A stretch of 64,000 nucleotides of DNA from Gnetum montanum (taxonomy: Eukaryota; Plantae; Gnetophyta): positions 526,792-590,791 of the forward strand of contig MNCI01002242.1 of assembly GCA_015680685.1 (NCBI GenBank), read 5' to 3'. The position numbers were made by a program, and so were the translations under genes. Position 1 is the first letter of the stretch. Every line of letters begins with the position of its first letter. Below the pieces are notes generated by a model. That model was not told the DNA's origin and searched no databases. It saw nothing but the letters and a program-made list of their open reading frames with translations. Positions 47,852-59,829 of this stretch are shown in pieces.

Positions 47852-48739
47852 TGTTGAGTGGTGGAGCAATACAACACCCAATCATACAAGTTATCAATGT
47901 TCATGCGCAACCCAATCATAATCCGTGGATGGTCAATGTTGATATGCTAGTAATTGAGTTAATCTTGCAATCGTTGTCTTCCCACATCAAGCTAATAGAG
48001 TCTAAGTGCATGGTTTAGCTTGTAGTAAGGCATATGATAGTTGATGTTGGTCGACCACTAATACTCCTAAGTGTAGACATGATGAAGATGAAAGTAATTG
48101 CTAATTCTAAGTAATAACAAGTAGGTAAATCTATTCCAACCTATAGTAATGGATAACCATTCCTAATTTACCAGTTACATCTTGGGCTTATGTAATCACC
48201 ACTAGGATTACCAAACGATAATATTACTGGGATTATCAAATGATCACACTTAACACTCAAAATTAATTGTATCCATTCTGCTTACTATCAACAAGTATAG
48301 ATGACGTGCTTTGAAAAAGTAAAGTATAATGCTAGTAAAGTAGTAAATGTTAAGCTAGATAAGCAATAAACATTATGCTAAGTAAAAACAATAAACTAAG
48401 AGAATGCTACAATGATGAGAAATAGTTTCAATCTTTATTTTCGACCACAACTTCTACCCAAGTACAAACTACTTGAATAAAGACTCCATTCAACTATAAC
48501 ACATCACACTATGAGCATTCACTCTTCAAATCACTAAGTGTAAATTCAAGAAATAAAACTGCAAGAGTTTAGTTACTATGAAATTGAAAAAGTTGTTGGA
48601 TTGTGCACTCAAGTGTCATATTTATAGGGGTGCACATATCCTGAGACATCATATCAATGACAATGTAGCATGAAAAGCAACATCATTGATACGACATCAT
48701 TGCTATGATGTTGTAATACAACAAAATTTGGATTTGTCA
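47852..48739 (-). repeat. 5' LTR of element B
   Basis: Colinear with 17626-18549; flanked by the PBS and TSD. Confidence 0.9.
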
Positions 48740-48744
48740 CCCTC

Positions 48745-49717
48745 CTAGGAGAAGTAGACTCCCTTTCCTTCTTCTTTGACTCATCTTCATCATCCCCTTG
48801 GATGATTTCCTTGACTTGTAAGCTATTTCTTTCTCATCCTTTTTCTTATGATATTTTTCCTTCTTTAGGTCAAATTTTGTGATTTTCATTTCAACCTTGA
48901 GAGCAAGATCATAGGCTTCATCTAGAGTATCAAGCTCATCGAATGCTAAGTCTTACTAATATTGCATTCTTAATCCACTAATGAAGTTAGAAGCTTTCCC
49001 ACACTCATTCTCATGTGCATCATCCATTTTCAAGGTTTTACAAAATTCAACATAAAAATCTTTTACCTCTTCATCTCCTTGTCTAAGAAATTTAAGCTTC
49101 TTGATGGCTTCATGATGGAAGGATGTCTTCTTAAATTTTTACTTTAGCATAAATTCCATGAGTTTCCAACTCTCAATAGTTCTTTCATGTTCTTAAAGGT
49201 ATTTGAGACATTCCTTGTTCCACCATTTAGCTGCTAATTCTTCAAGTTTACTCTCAACAACATAAATCATTATCTTACTAGAAAGTTGCTCAACAAGAAA
49301 ATACTTATTCATAGTTCTAAGCCAAGAAAGAAAGAAATATGTATCTTTAACACCTTTAAAGATGGGAATATCTACATGAGGAACTCTTAAAGCACTTCTT
49401 AACATCTTTACAAACCTTTCATCATCATTTTTCTCATTATTAAAAAGAAACCTTGGCTCATACCTTTGAGTCCTAGTCCCTTATCTCCTTGGAGTTCTTT
49501 GCTCATGTCTTTCTCTTGATCCTTTCAATGGTGTAAAAGGATTCTCATCTTCAATCTTGTCGTGCCTTCTTCTTAAAGTTTCTCCAAAATCTTGGTATTT
49601 GAAGGTCCCTACTTTGGAAAGAACTTCTTGCATTCTAACCACAAAAGCCTTAAAGGAGTCTTTAAGCTCTTGAATCTCTTATCCAAGATCTTGATTAGTC
49701 TTTTTCTTAGGAGCCAT
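48745..49717 (-). pseudogene. gag: Element A gag, N-terminal part
   Basis: MAPKKKTNQ...VDIPIFKGVKDTYFFLSWLRTMNKYF..SKLEELAAKWW..LRQGDEEVKDFY..FISGLE (chromovirus/CRM-like gag). Confidence 0.82.
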
Positions 49718-49764
49718 CCCTTTCTTCCAACCTCTTGTAGATGTGTGAATTCCTCTAAACCTTT

Positions 49765-49776
49765 GCTCTGATACCA
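49765..49776 (-). promoter_or_regulatory. PBS of element A (tRNA-iMet)
   Basis: Reverse complement TGGTATCAGAGC, 3 bp from the LTR. Confidence 0.92.
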
Positions 49777-49779
49777 ATC

Positions 49780-50708
49780 TGGTGTAGGGGTTGCACCTCA
49801 ATAAACCCCAATAGGATCCAATCCTCAACTTCAAAGCATATATAGCTTTGAAGACAAAAATTAAAAAATGAAATGAATAAAATCTCCTTTATATTAAGAA
49901 AACTCTTAAAATACAAAGAAAATATATCAAGATGAGGAGCTAAGCTTAACTCAAAACCCTCCCAAGGATCTTAGAGGCCACACTTATCCCCTGTCAATCC
50001 TCAATTGCTCACAATGGAGCTTAAGTTCAAGAAAAGACACTCATAAAAGATTCTTCTAACCTCTCTCAAGTGCTCTCCCTTGCCTCTCACTTAATTTCCT
50101 TACACAAGCTTTCTTCTTGCATAAGCTCTCCTCCTTAAGATCTCTTTCTATTTTTCTCTTGGTCAAAGTTAGGCACCAACAATGGTGAATTACATCAATA
50201 TCTATAAGCAACTAGAAGATAAGAAACCTAGAAACCTTTCCTCAACTCAACTTGAGATTCTTTAGATGTTTCCCAAGTCTTCTCACCTTTTTCCCAGTTA
50301 TTTCCATCATGCTTTTGCTATTTTCATCTTGCTTTCGATGTTTTCCAAATTGGAATGGTTGTTTTCTGAAGTTTCTCTAGTCATACAGGTCATCTCTAAT
50401 CTCCACAACTTGTCTTTGAGTCAACCCAACTCTTGGGAAGGATGTCTACTATTTTTCCAAGATTTCTTCTTTGAGGGTTAAGATGTCTTACTTGAGACAT
50501 CTTGGATATAGCTGAGACGTCTCACCTATTAGGGCTAAATACAAAGACTCTTGTTTTGAGGTCTAGAACCTTTAGATGCCTCCAAACAAGTTCCCATAGA
50601 CCCTGAAACCCCCTAAATTCATCAAACTAAGTCCAAAACATCCTAAAACCTACCAAAACATACATGTAGGGTAGAATCAAGGGAACCAAAAGAGGTGTCC
50701 CTACACCA
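49780..50708 (-). repeat. 5' LTR of element A
   Basis: Terminal inverted repeat TGGTGTAGGG...CCCTACACCA. Confidence 0.92.
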
Positions 50709-50713
50709 CCCAA

Positions 50714-52670
50714 GTAGGTAAACAGGGCTCAATACCCTCTCATTAATGGGAGGTTTACATAAGATTATAAGGAAATTTGTTAAATCTTTATCAATCACCT
50801 TTCTAGAAGATGAAGAATCAATCCCAGTGATGTTATATCTATACATATTCAATGTAGAGGCATGCTTGAACATAATGCCAAATCTATTTAGAGTATCTCT
50901 AGGGAGAAAGTTGGAAGGCAATCTCATCCATCTAAGATAATAAATCCCATGTCCATGGTAATGAGTGATAAAAACTTGTTGAAATGGATAAATGTGGCTA
51001 CACCTATTAATGTTGGGACACTTGGGTTCCACAGTGTAAAATACATTGCCTTTATTCTTAAAGCTAACATTTTTGAAAAGTACTTGGAAAATCTCAATTC
51101 ACCCTAGGCCAAAATCTTGCTACATAATTATGGGCAATTAATGCTTCTACAAAAAAAATCTTCAAGAAGTATCATTGTTAATATTATCACATACTTGATA
51201 AGTATTAATTACCTACCACTGCATGCTACTACCTTGATTATCAAACATTTATTCCCTCTAGATCAAATCTTTTAGCCAAATATCCTACTCAAAAGAATTA
51301 AAATTTTATATGCTAAATAATTTATCATGTGTTACCCGTAAATGATTTTGTTATTAAGAATAATATGAACACTTTGCCCCACCACAGTATGTATCATGTC
51401 CTGCATGAATACATAACTCACATCCATAATAAAAGTTTCTATGTCAAATATGTCTATAATATCTTTTTGAAAAATCAATGGAAGATTATATAACTCAACA
51501 AAATATGAAACTTTAGCATATTCTTTAGATTAGACATCAAAATCTAGTCCTCACTTATGAATAATTAACTCGACATGCTTATGTATAAAATATCATATAT
51601 CTAGAACATGCTACATCATCGAAGCATTTCTTAACTCATCAAGTAGATAAAAATGAGACTAATACCTGGCATGAAGGACTTGAATGTCATGTTTTTTTAT
51701 CACATCGTTTAATTGTGAAATAAAACTCTGATTATGAAAGATTTTGAAGAAAAGAAAAAATGTGTTGAAATTGAAGATAGGAAAAAATAATATGAAGTTG
51801 AAGATATAAAAATCAATTTAAAGTTAATTATAAGAATGATCAAATGTTAATAATGAATCCATCAAAGACAAAAGCTACTATATATAATTTTAGAGAAAGT
51901 ATTGAGTAGCCTAGATAGATAGCTTGTAAGGTAAACTTTTCCTTATCTAAAAAGAATACTATTAACTCAAATATTAAAAATGATGCCAACAAGAAGCTTA
52001 TAGTTGATGGAGAAGATTTTTAATGTAAGTTTAATAATAAGTGATGAGATGAAGATCTTCCACAAGTAGTATCACTTTCTTACTATGATACAAATATTAG
52101 TATTAAGCCATAGTTCTCTCTCTCTAATCCTTTTGTTATTTTAAGTTCAAGTATGGATGTTAAAAGTGATATAAATTTTGTTACGACTAGAATCTTCCTC
52201 CCTACTAATAATTAATTTTCTTCACTTATTTTTTCAAAGTATTAATGGTAAGGTTGTATAGCTAAGTAGATAATTCTAGAATCATAAAAAATTATATATT
52301 TTTTTAATGATGTCTACTCAATGTCAAGCTTGTGAGGTACTCTAGATTCTATCTATTCATTATCTATATTTTTTTTGGTTCAACACCCAAATAATTATTG
52401 AATAAACAAAGATTAACCAAACCATATACACGAAACAAAAGTAACAAAATCCCATAAAAATAGAGCAAAGTATTAAAATATCCTACCTAAAATGATAATT
52501 CTATAGAAAGAAAACTTTGTGTGTGTTGGCACATTTAGACCATTCCATGGAGTAGGCTTTAGGATGTTATGGTGCTTTAACAGGAGCTATACATTTTTTT
52601 AAAAAAAAATGGTACTCTAGCAAGCCTACATCACAAGAATCATATCATTAAGAAATCACTTGAAAGTTTG
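50714..52670 (+). mobile_element. L1-type LINE ORF2 remnant, 3' part (highly decayed RT region)
   Basis: The frame continues from 15475 (NMSK*VNRAQYPLING). Weak motifs: IFSQISYSKELK-like segment, RLDIK, GVGFRMLWCFNR (GGLG.R....FN.A). Confidence 0.5.
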
Positions 52671-52681
52671 AAATTAAGAAC

Positions 52682-54004
52682 TGTGATGTCTTACTTGAAG
52701 TATTGATTTGGAACCCATATGCTCAAAAATGTCTTTAAAAAATTTTGTGGTCTAACTGTCTTACTTGATGGTATTGAATTTCGTGATTTGAAGATAACAC
52801 AAAAAAGCACGCTTCTCTCTTATAAATCTAATGATCAAGAAACAAGCTTTATTAAGAGAAGCTTTGAGGAGTTTGAGTTGCAAATCAATATTTAGAGATT
52901 TTAAGGAAGGCTATTTTGAAAAAAGATAATTGAAGATTACTTGTAAGATGGCTTGCTAAAGACATCAATTCAGCAACTTTGTTTTAATCCTATGAGTTCA
53001 TTTCTTCCTATTTTCTTTTAGTTACTTAGTTAATGGTTTAGATAGTATTGTGCTTGGTATTTAATTTTGGGACTTTTTTAGGTTGCCTTTATAGCTCTAT
53101 ATTTGTGCAATATTAGACTTCTATTATGGGTTGCCATACAAGAGCTTATGTTGTAGAAAAGCATATTGAGCAAATTAATAGTAATGTCTTAAAGAAATTG
53201 CCTATTTGAGTTTAGGGAATCTAGAAAATATTTGATATTTTGAGATGATTGAAATAGCTTCTTTATTTTTAAATTTTATTGCCTCAATATTGCAATTTTT
53301 ATTGCCTCAATTTTTATTATTTGCAATTCTTGACTAGTTTTAACTAGCTAAATAGACGCTTAGACTTTGTCGTTTACAAGGAATTCTGGTAGTTAAATAG
53401 AGTGTCTTCTATGAAATTGCTTATTGACCTCAAAAGGTTTGGACAATTCGTAATAGATTGAATTGGAATAGCTTTATTGTGAATTGTTTCCTCATGTCAA
53501 TTTATCTTGCTTAATTGTTTGAGATACCACACAAATTTGCTTTCTTTTCTTTTCTCTTTCTAAAATCCATTGAATCTCACTCTATTTCTAGTTTTCTTAT
53601 AGAATTTTCTCTCTAGGGGAAATTAGGAGTAGATTGGTAGAATTGTGCTCAAACATTTTTATGAAATTTTATTTGTTACAAGTAATGTACTATAGGTACT
53701 ATATAAACTAAGTGACTTAACAAAATAGGACCTTCAACAACTCACAGTATTTGACAAAGTTAGCTGAATTTCTTTTATGATAGCCAATTACAGTCTCATA
53801 CACAACCTAACCATTTCAACATTCACAACAACAAACACATACTCACATTTAGTTCATTTCATAACCACTGAATCAATTTGGAGATATTTGGGCCTTGGTG
53901 TTGCCAAAGACTAGCAAGCACATGAACCCTATTTGAAGAACACCTTCATTTCCCATGACCCCGGTGACGAGATCAAAGGCCCCCAATGTTGGGAGTCCCA
54001 AACA
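52682..54004 (+). repeat. Second D-family LTR followed by a short truncated internal region (to ~54870)
   Basis: ~1.07 kb of similarity to 44885-45925; ends CCCAAACA followed by a weak PBS-like GTTGCCAACTGTGTGG. The left boundary is uncertain. Confidence 0.65.
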
Positions 54005-54879
54005 GTTGCCAACTGTGTGGCTACAATCTTTCAAATAGGCTTCAAATCCTAGGCAAAACTACAATTCAATGATTGGATCTAAGTAAAACTTGAAATGAGA
54101 TTTGAAACTAAGCTCTTACCAAGGTCCTAGTTAACAACATAAATCTAGATTTAGCTATTTTTTAATCTAGAATGGTCTTCCTCTCTACTTCTATCTCATA
54201 GATATCAACTATATAATTAGATGATCTCTCATCAAATGGTTATTAGGTATTTATTCTTGTAAGAATAAGGCATGAATGGACCAAAGGGTAATCTCATGTG
54301 AAACTAAAAAATTTTATAATTCTAAAAAATAGTTTAACAATAATATTCTAACATGAGCTGGTGCCTAGCTCTAGCCTAATGGACACCTCCTAAGGAAAAG
54401 CTAACAATTATGTCTATGCCCCAACTAATAACAAAGTCTAAGGTCAAAAGCATAACTAATGAAGGAGCTAATACAAGACTCTAAAAATATAAGTAAAAAA
54501 GTCTATAAGGTGAAAATAAATTATTAATTATAAAAATACAAAGTAACCCAAACAAAGCATACCATAAACCAAAGTAGTACCTCACGTGCCAATGACCAAT
54601 CTAGTATCTAATATATGCTAACTCAAAAATCAAACAAAAGTGTTTGTTAGTAAGTATATGCTAAAATAAAAGAAAACCCAAAAATACTAAAATTATATAA
54701 AAAACTAAAAAAAAATTAGAGTAAAATATTAAAATATGTTTAAAAGAAGGCAATTACATAGGAGATAGAAAAGCACATAGCTCAAAGCAAAAAAGCATAG
54801 TCCATAAAAGAAAAAGATTACTAAAGCATAATACTTAGGCTAGCAAACAAGACATCAAGGGTTTAAATCACAAACATAC

Positions 54880-57800
54880 CAAGGAATAATGTGTATCTAA
54901 GTTAGCAATGTTACAAAGATGCTTTTTATAATTGATGCTAGATGTTTATCTCGTGGGAAATGGTGTAATCTCTACTAAGGTTGTCCAAAGATTAGATCTA
55001 TCCAAATTTCCTCACCCAAGGTCCTATAAAGTTCATTGGCTTTCTAAAGATCATTATCAAGAAGTGAAAGAGAAACATAATTTTTCTTTTAGGATTGATT
55101 CCTATCATGATAAGGCATCTTATGATATTCTTTCAACTAATTATGTTGATGTAATTCTTGGTAAATCTTGGAACTTTAACAGCAAGACTACCTTTGATGG
55201 GGGCAAACATTTTTAATTTTTGCCTATGGAAAATGATATTCATAAATTGATTCCCGTGTCTTTATAGTAGTTCAAAGAAAATATTTCTACTAATTCATCT
55301 TTGAATTTTTTGAGTAAGCAAAAATATGTTCAAACTCATGAATAAGATGAATATGGTTTCATCATTATGTCAAAAATTGCAGCATGTAAGAAGGAGCAAG
55401 CAAGTAAACTTCAAGTAGGGGTACAACATTTAGCACAAGAATTTGTTGGTGTATTCAAGGGTACATTGAAAAGGCTTCCTCCTATGTGGCCTATTCAACA
55501 TCAAATTGACTTTATACCAAGGCTAACCATATGAAATAAGAGAGCCTATTAAATGACACTACATCAAAGGGAGAATCTTCAAAGGCAGGTTAGTGAATTA
55601 TTCTCAAATGATTTCATTAAGAAGTCAATATTCCCATGTGTAGTACCAATAGTGTTCGTGCCTAAAAATGATATCAATGAGATGAGGATGTACATTGAGT
55701 TTAGAACTATCAATGGGATAACCATCAAGTACTATTTTCCTATTCATGAAATGGATCACGTTCTTGATGCTCTTGCTAATGTTGAAGTCTTTTATAAGAT
55801 TTATTTGGAGTGATTACCATCAAATAAGAATTATACTCGAGAATAAGTGGAAACTACTTTAAAAACTCTAGATGGATTGTATGAGTGGTTAGTCATGCCA
55901 TTTGGACTAACCAGTGCTCCTACTACTTTTATAAGGTTAATGTATGATGTTGAGAGAATTAATTGGTAAACATTGCATTGTATTTTTTATGATATCTTTG
56001 TTTACAATTCCAATGAGGATGATCATGTAACATTTGAGACAAGTGTTCTTCAAATTACATGAAGTTTAGCTGGTGGTAAATGTAAAGAAATGTTAGCTTC
56101 TCAAAAGGAAGACTATGTATTTGGATCATGTTATCTCCAAAAACCAAGTAAAGATGGAGGAAGGTAAGATCAAGGTAATTAGAGATTAACCTTCACTAAA
56201 AAATGTTAGAGATGTAAGATATTTCTTTGGGCTAGATAGTTTTTATAGAAGATTTATTAGACATGTCAATTCTATTGCATGGCCAATACTTTCTTGTTTA
56301 GAGTACAAATTTTATCTAAGGTGATGAGCAAGAAAAATCATTCCAAGCATTAAAGGAAAATATTTTTTATGCTCTAGTGCTTACCATTCTAAACTTTTCC
56401 AAGATTTTTGAAATGGAGATGGATGCAAGTGAATTTATGGTTGGTGATTTTTTATTCCAAGATGATCAACCCATTGCATTTTTCTCAAAGAAGCTAAATG
56501 AAGGTAAAAGTATAGTGCCTATAAAAACCAATTGTATTCCATGCTTCAAGCTATTAAACATCGAAGACATTACTCATTGAGAAGTAAACTTTTTTTTTTA
56601 ACTAATTATATGACATTGCAATTCTTGAATTCATAAAAGAACTTAAGTGCTAAGAATACGAAATTGATGAAGTAGCTCCAAGTATCTCACTTTACACTAA
56701 AGCATAAAAGTGAAAAAAGTAATGTGATAGCAGATGCCCTTTCTAGGATTCATGTGGTTAATCATTCATGCATATAAGTAGAGAGACTTAAGGCCTTTAC
56801 TCCTTTATACACAGATGATGCTAATTTTGATGAGATTTAGAAGGATCTTAATGCTCCATTATGTAGTAGAGTGGATAGGTGAAGCGACTATCATCTACAA
56901 CCTAGACTTCTATTTAACAATGGTGTATGTGTGCCAACTTCTAATTTCAAGTCAAATATTTTGCATGAGAAGCATACTTGTGGTATGATTAGACATATGG
57001 GTAAGACAAAGACCTATGAGCTTATTGAAAAAAGCTACTTCTTGCCAACTATACAAAATGATGTAAATAAATTTTCTAGGGACTATCATGTTTGTCAAAC
57101 ATTTAAAGGAGAAAAAGATATTGTTGGTCACTATTTATCTTTGCCCATTCCTAATACTTCATGGGAGAGTATTTTTATGCATTTTGTATATGGTATTCCA
57201 AAGAAATAGTTTGGACATGATTCTATTTTTGTGTAATCTATATATTTTTCAAATTATGCATTTTATTCCTTGTAAAAGAAACAATCATGCATCTCATGTA
57301 GCTCATTTGTTATTCCAACTTCTTGTTAAATTACATGAAATTCCTTTGAACATTGTGAATGATAGAGATGTGAAATCTACATGTCACTTTTGAAGATCAT
57401 TGTAAAAGTTGTTGGGTAATAAATTATCCTTTTCTAGTGTCTATCATCCATAAATTGATGGGTAAATGAAGGTTGTGAATAAATCATTGCTAAAGATTTT
57501 GAGATATCTTTGTAAAGGTCAACCAAATAGATGGAAAAAATCTCTTGGCTCATGTTCACTTTAGCTACAACTCTTGTCATTCTAGTACTACGAAAAGTCC
57601 ATTTATGGTGAATTGTAGGTATTATTCTAGAATGATATATGATTTGAAAAAAAGTTATGGTTGTGTTTGTGTTAGTTTCGATTTTGTGCAAATCATGCAA
57701 GACTTACACAAGCAAGGGAAGATAAATCTTGAAAGCAAGGCAAAAGAGATTATTGCTAACAAGAATTTGAGCAAAAAAAAGTTGAGATTTGAAGTTGGTG

Positions 57801-58222
57801 AAAATGTTTGGCTTCATTTAGGCTAGAAGAGATTGAGAAATGTGAACTACTCCAAGGTTAATTCAATGAGAATTGATCCATTTCAAATCAGGACCAAGAT
57901 AAATGACAATACCTATGAACTCAATATCCCTAATGATCTACTTTTTTTATTTTTAATGTTTTAGACTTGACTCCATACCATGGAAAGGTATTTGCAATAG
58001 GCTTGGAGGACAACAAGGAGGTTCTCAAAGATGTAGTTGAAGGTGTCACTTCAAGCATGTCTAGGAAGCAAATTGTTCTACAATCAAGAGAGGCTATTAG
58101 AACAAGTGGGAGAAAAAGACATGAGGAACGAATCCACTAAAGTGATCACAAACTTGAAAATGCACGATGGATTCATAAAAGTGATTTGGGTATGTGGGGC
58201 CTTGATGTCATCGCATATGTAA
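54880..58222 (+). pseudogene. pol: Chromovirus (CRM/Tf2-like) Ty3/gypsy pol remnant, element E, 5'-truncated
   Basis: STKVVQRLDLSKFPHPRSYKVHWL; LPPMWPIQHQIDFIP; CVVPIVFVPK..MRMYIEFRTIN; [17 protein letters not shown]; FEMEMDASEF..QPIAFFSKKL; HMGKTKTY..CQTFK; weak chromodomain-like tail (..ENARWIH..). Confidence 0.9.
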
Positions 58223-58263
58223 AATTCACTTGAATCTAAGTATATTTTGAAGGGTAAGAAAGA

Positions 58264-59280
58264 TGATGAGAACATCAATCCATCTCTTTGATGTATTCTA
58301 CATCCTCTATGTCCTTAGGAGTCACAAGAGTGAAATAATTGTATTTGGTTTCCTTTTTGGAGTCATTTGTGATGTTTATATGGATTAGGCAAATAACTGC
58401 AAGGCCACTATGAATCGTAGGAGGCCACAATTTGTAACTATGAGCAACTACAAGTTGTAGTTTGCCATAGTTCATTACCCGAGGGAAAATCTTTCATGTT
58501 TCATAATCTTCAGTAGTGTGTAAGATAAAAGAAGCCGCAATTAGTGAATGTGAGCCATAATCTAGTCATAGTCAGTGAATTGTAATCTACTAGTTATCCT
58601 AGTTTGGTTCTAATCCTAGAAGAAAAAGTACTCAAAATTTGGCATGGTTTACCAATGTGAAGGTTTGTAAGTCATAGTCCCATCATAGTTTGCAAGATGT
58701 GATCTGCTACAACCTATTAGCACTTGTAGTTTCGATAAAAATCAAAATTTTAAAAGGCATAGATGAATGATCACCTAATGCAATATAAAGACTAGGGATG
58801 CTTCTAAAGTGTTCAAGCCCTATCTACCATAGCATTGAAAGATCATGAGAGTAGAAGAGTATCTCAATCATTGGGTCCCTTTAATAATGATATGTTAGCC
58901 TAGTGGTAAGACACTTGATTTAGAAGCTCCAAGTCATGGCTTCGATCCTTGTGGACAATGCTAAGTTATATAAAGTTCTAATTAGACTATATATCATGGA
59001 ATATATCTATGTTTCACTTATTTCAAGTTCCAACACCCTAATCATTGGGTTCCTTTAAGTGTTTAGGTTGAGCATTTTCTTTAAGGATTATGAGAGTGAG
59101 AGAGAATTGTCTTCGGTCTTGTTCCAAATCCTTGAGTATGTTGTACTTCCAACATTTGTACTCTAAGTTGGTATTGAATAAAGAAGTGTTATTTCTTATT
59201 CATGTTTGGTTCTCTTTTGATTCCATTAAAGTTAATTTCTAAGGGAATTTAGGTTCTTATTGTGCTTGGAATCTACACCA
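58264..59280 (+). repeat. 3' LTR of element E
   Basis: Purine tract GAAGGGTAAGAAAGA followed by TGATGAG; AATAAA at ~59178; ends TACACCA. No partner LTR in the window. Confidence 0.6.
58889..58960 (+). other. tRNA-derived (SINE-head-like) module with Pol III A and B boxes
   Basis: TAGCCTAGTGG (58896-906) and GGCTTCGATCC (58938-948), 31 bp apart. Flanked by the 19-bp direct repeat AATCATTGGGTYCCTTTAA (58866-84, 59040-58). Confidence 0.6.
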
Positions 59281-59829
59281 TTTTCCACATAAACCTATTA
59301 AAGAAGTTCAACAAAATGATATTCCCTATATGTTGGACTGGAGTAAGCAACCCTTGAGATCCAAAACAAGCTTTGAAGTGAAACCCATATCCATAAAGGA
59401 TCAAAGAACAAAGAAACTTCATAATAAAACTATTTCAAAAGTATGCATTCAATGGTCTAATTGCAACTACGACATGTGGTATCATTATGAAGACTTGTAA
59501 TTATTCATGGTATCATTTGAGGGTTTGTCTTGTGATATTTTAAGGGTCGATAACTTAGAGATTATGCCAAGCATAGAGTTGCAAAGTTGGAAAGGTAAGT
59601 GATGAGAGCTAGGTGAAGTGGGACAACAAAAGACTAATCATTCTTGTGGTCTTAAGGCCTAACCATGATGGTAGTGTTGAATTGCCTCTAAGGGAACTTA
59701 GTGCCATAGGAAGAAAACCCCAAGGCTCCCACTTAATAATTATTACTAAAGATTTTTTTTTTCAAATAAAGCACATTTACATTTCTATTAATTGCAACAC
59801 TAAGTAATCTATGATTATGTTTATGTTAT

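Larger units (their letters stand above)
17626..48739 (-). mobile_element. LTR element B: old Athila-like Ty3/gypsy with accessory ORF, carrying nested insertions
   Basis: LTRs at 17626-18549 and 47852-48739; perfect TSD CCCTC (17621-25/48740-44); decayed tRNA-Asp-type PBS; gag-PR-RT-RH-INT order on the minus strand. Proteins align by eye with element C. Confidence 0.92.
15476..50708 (-). mobile_element. LTR element A: non-autonomous gag-protease-only Ty3/gypsy (TR-GAG-like, ~4.1 kb of own sequence) hosting nested insertions
   Basis: LTRs at 15476-16377 and 49780-50708 with TGGTG..TACACCA termini. TSD TCCAA (15471-75)/CCCAA (50709-13). PBS at 49765-49776; purine tract at 16378-16391. Confidence 0.88.

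Noticed and set aside
58889-58960. Functional tRNA gene
   Set aside because: The acceptor and anticodon stems do not pair convincingly and there is no clear poly-T terminator; kept only as a tRNA-derived module.
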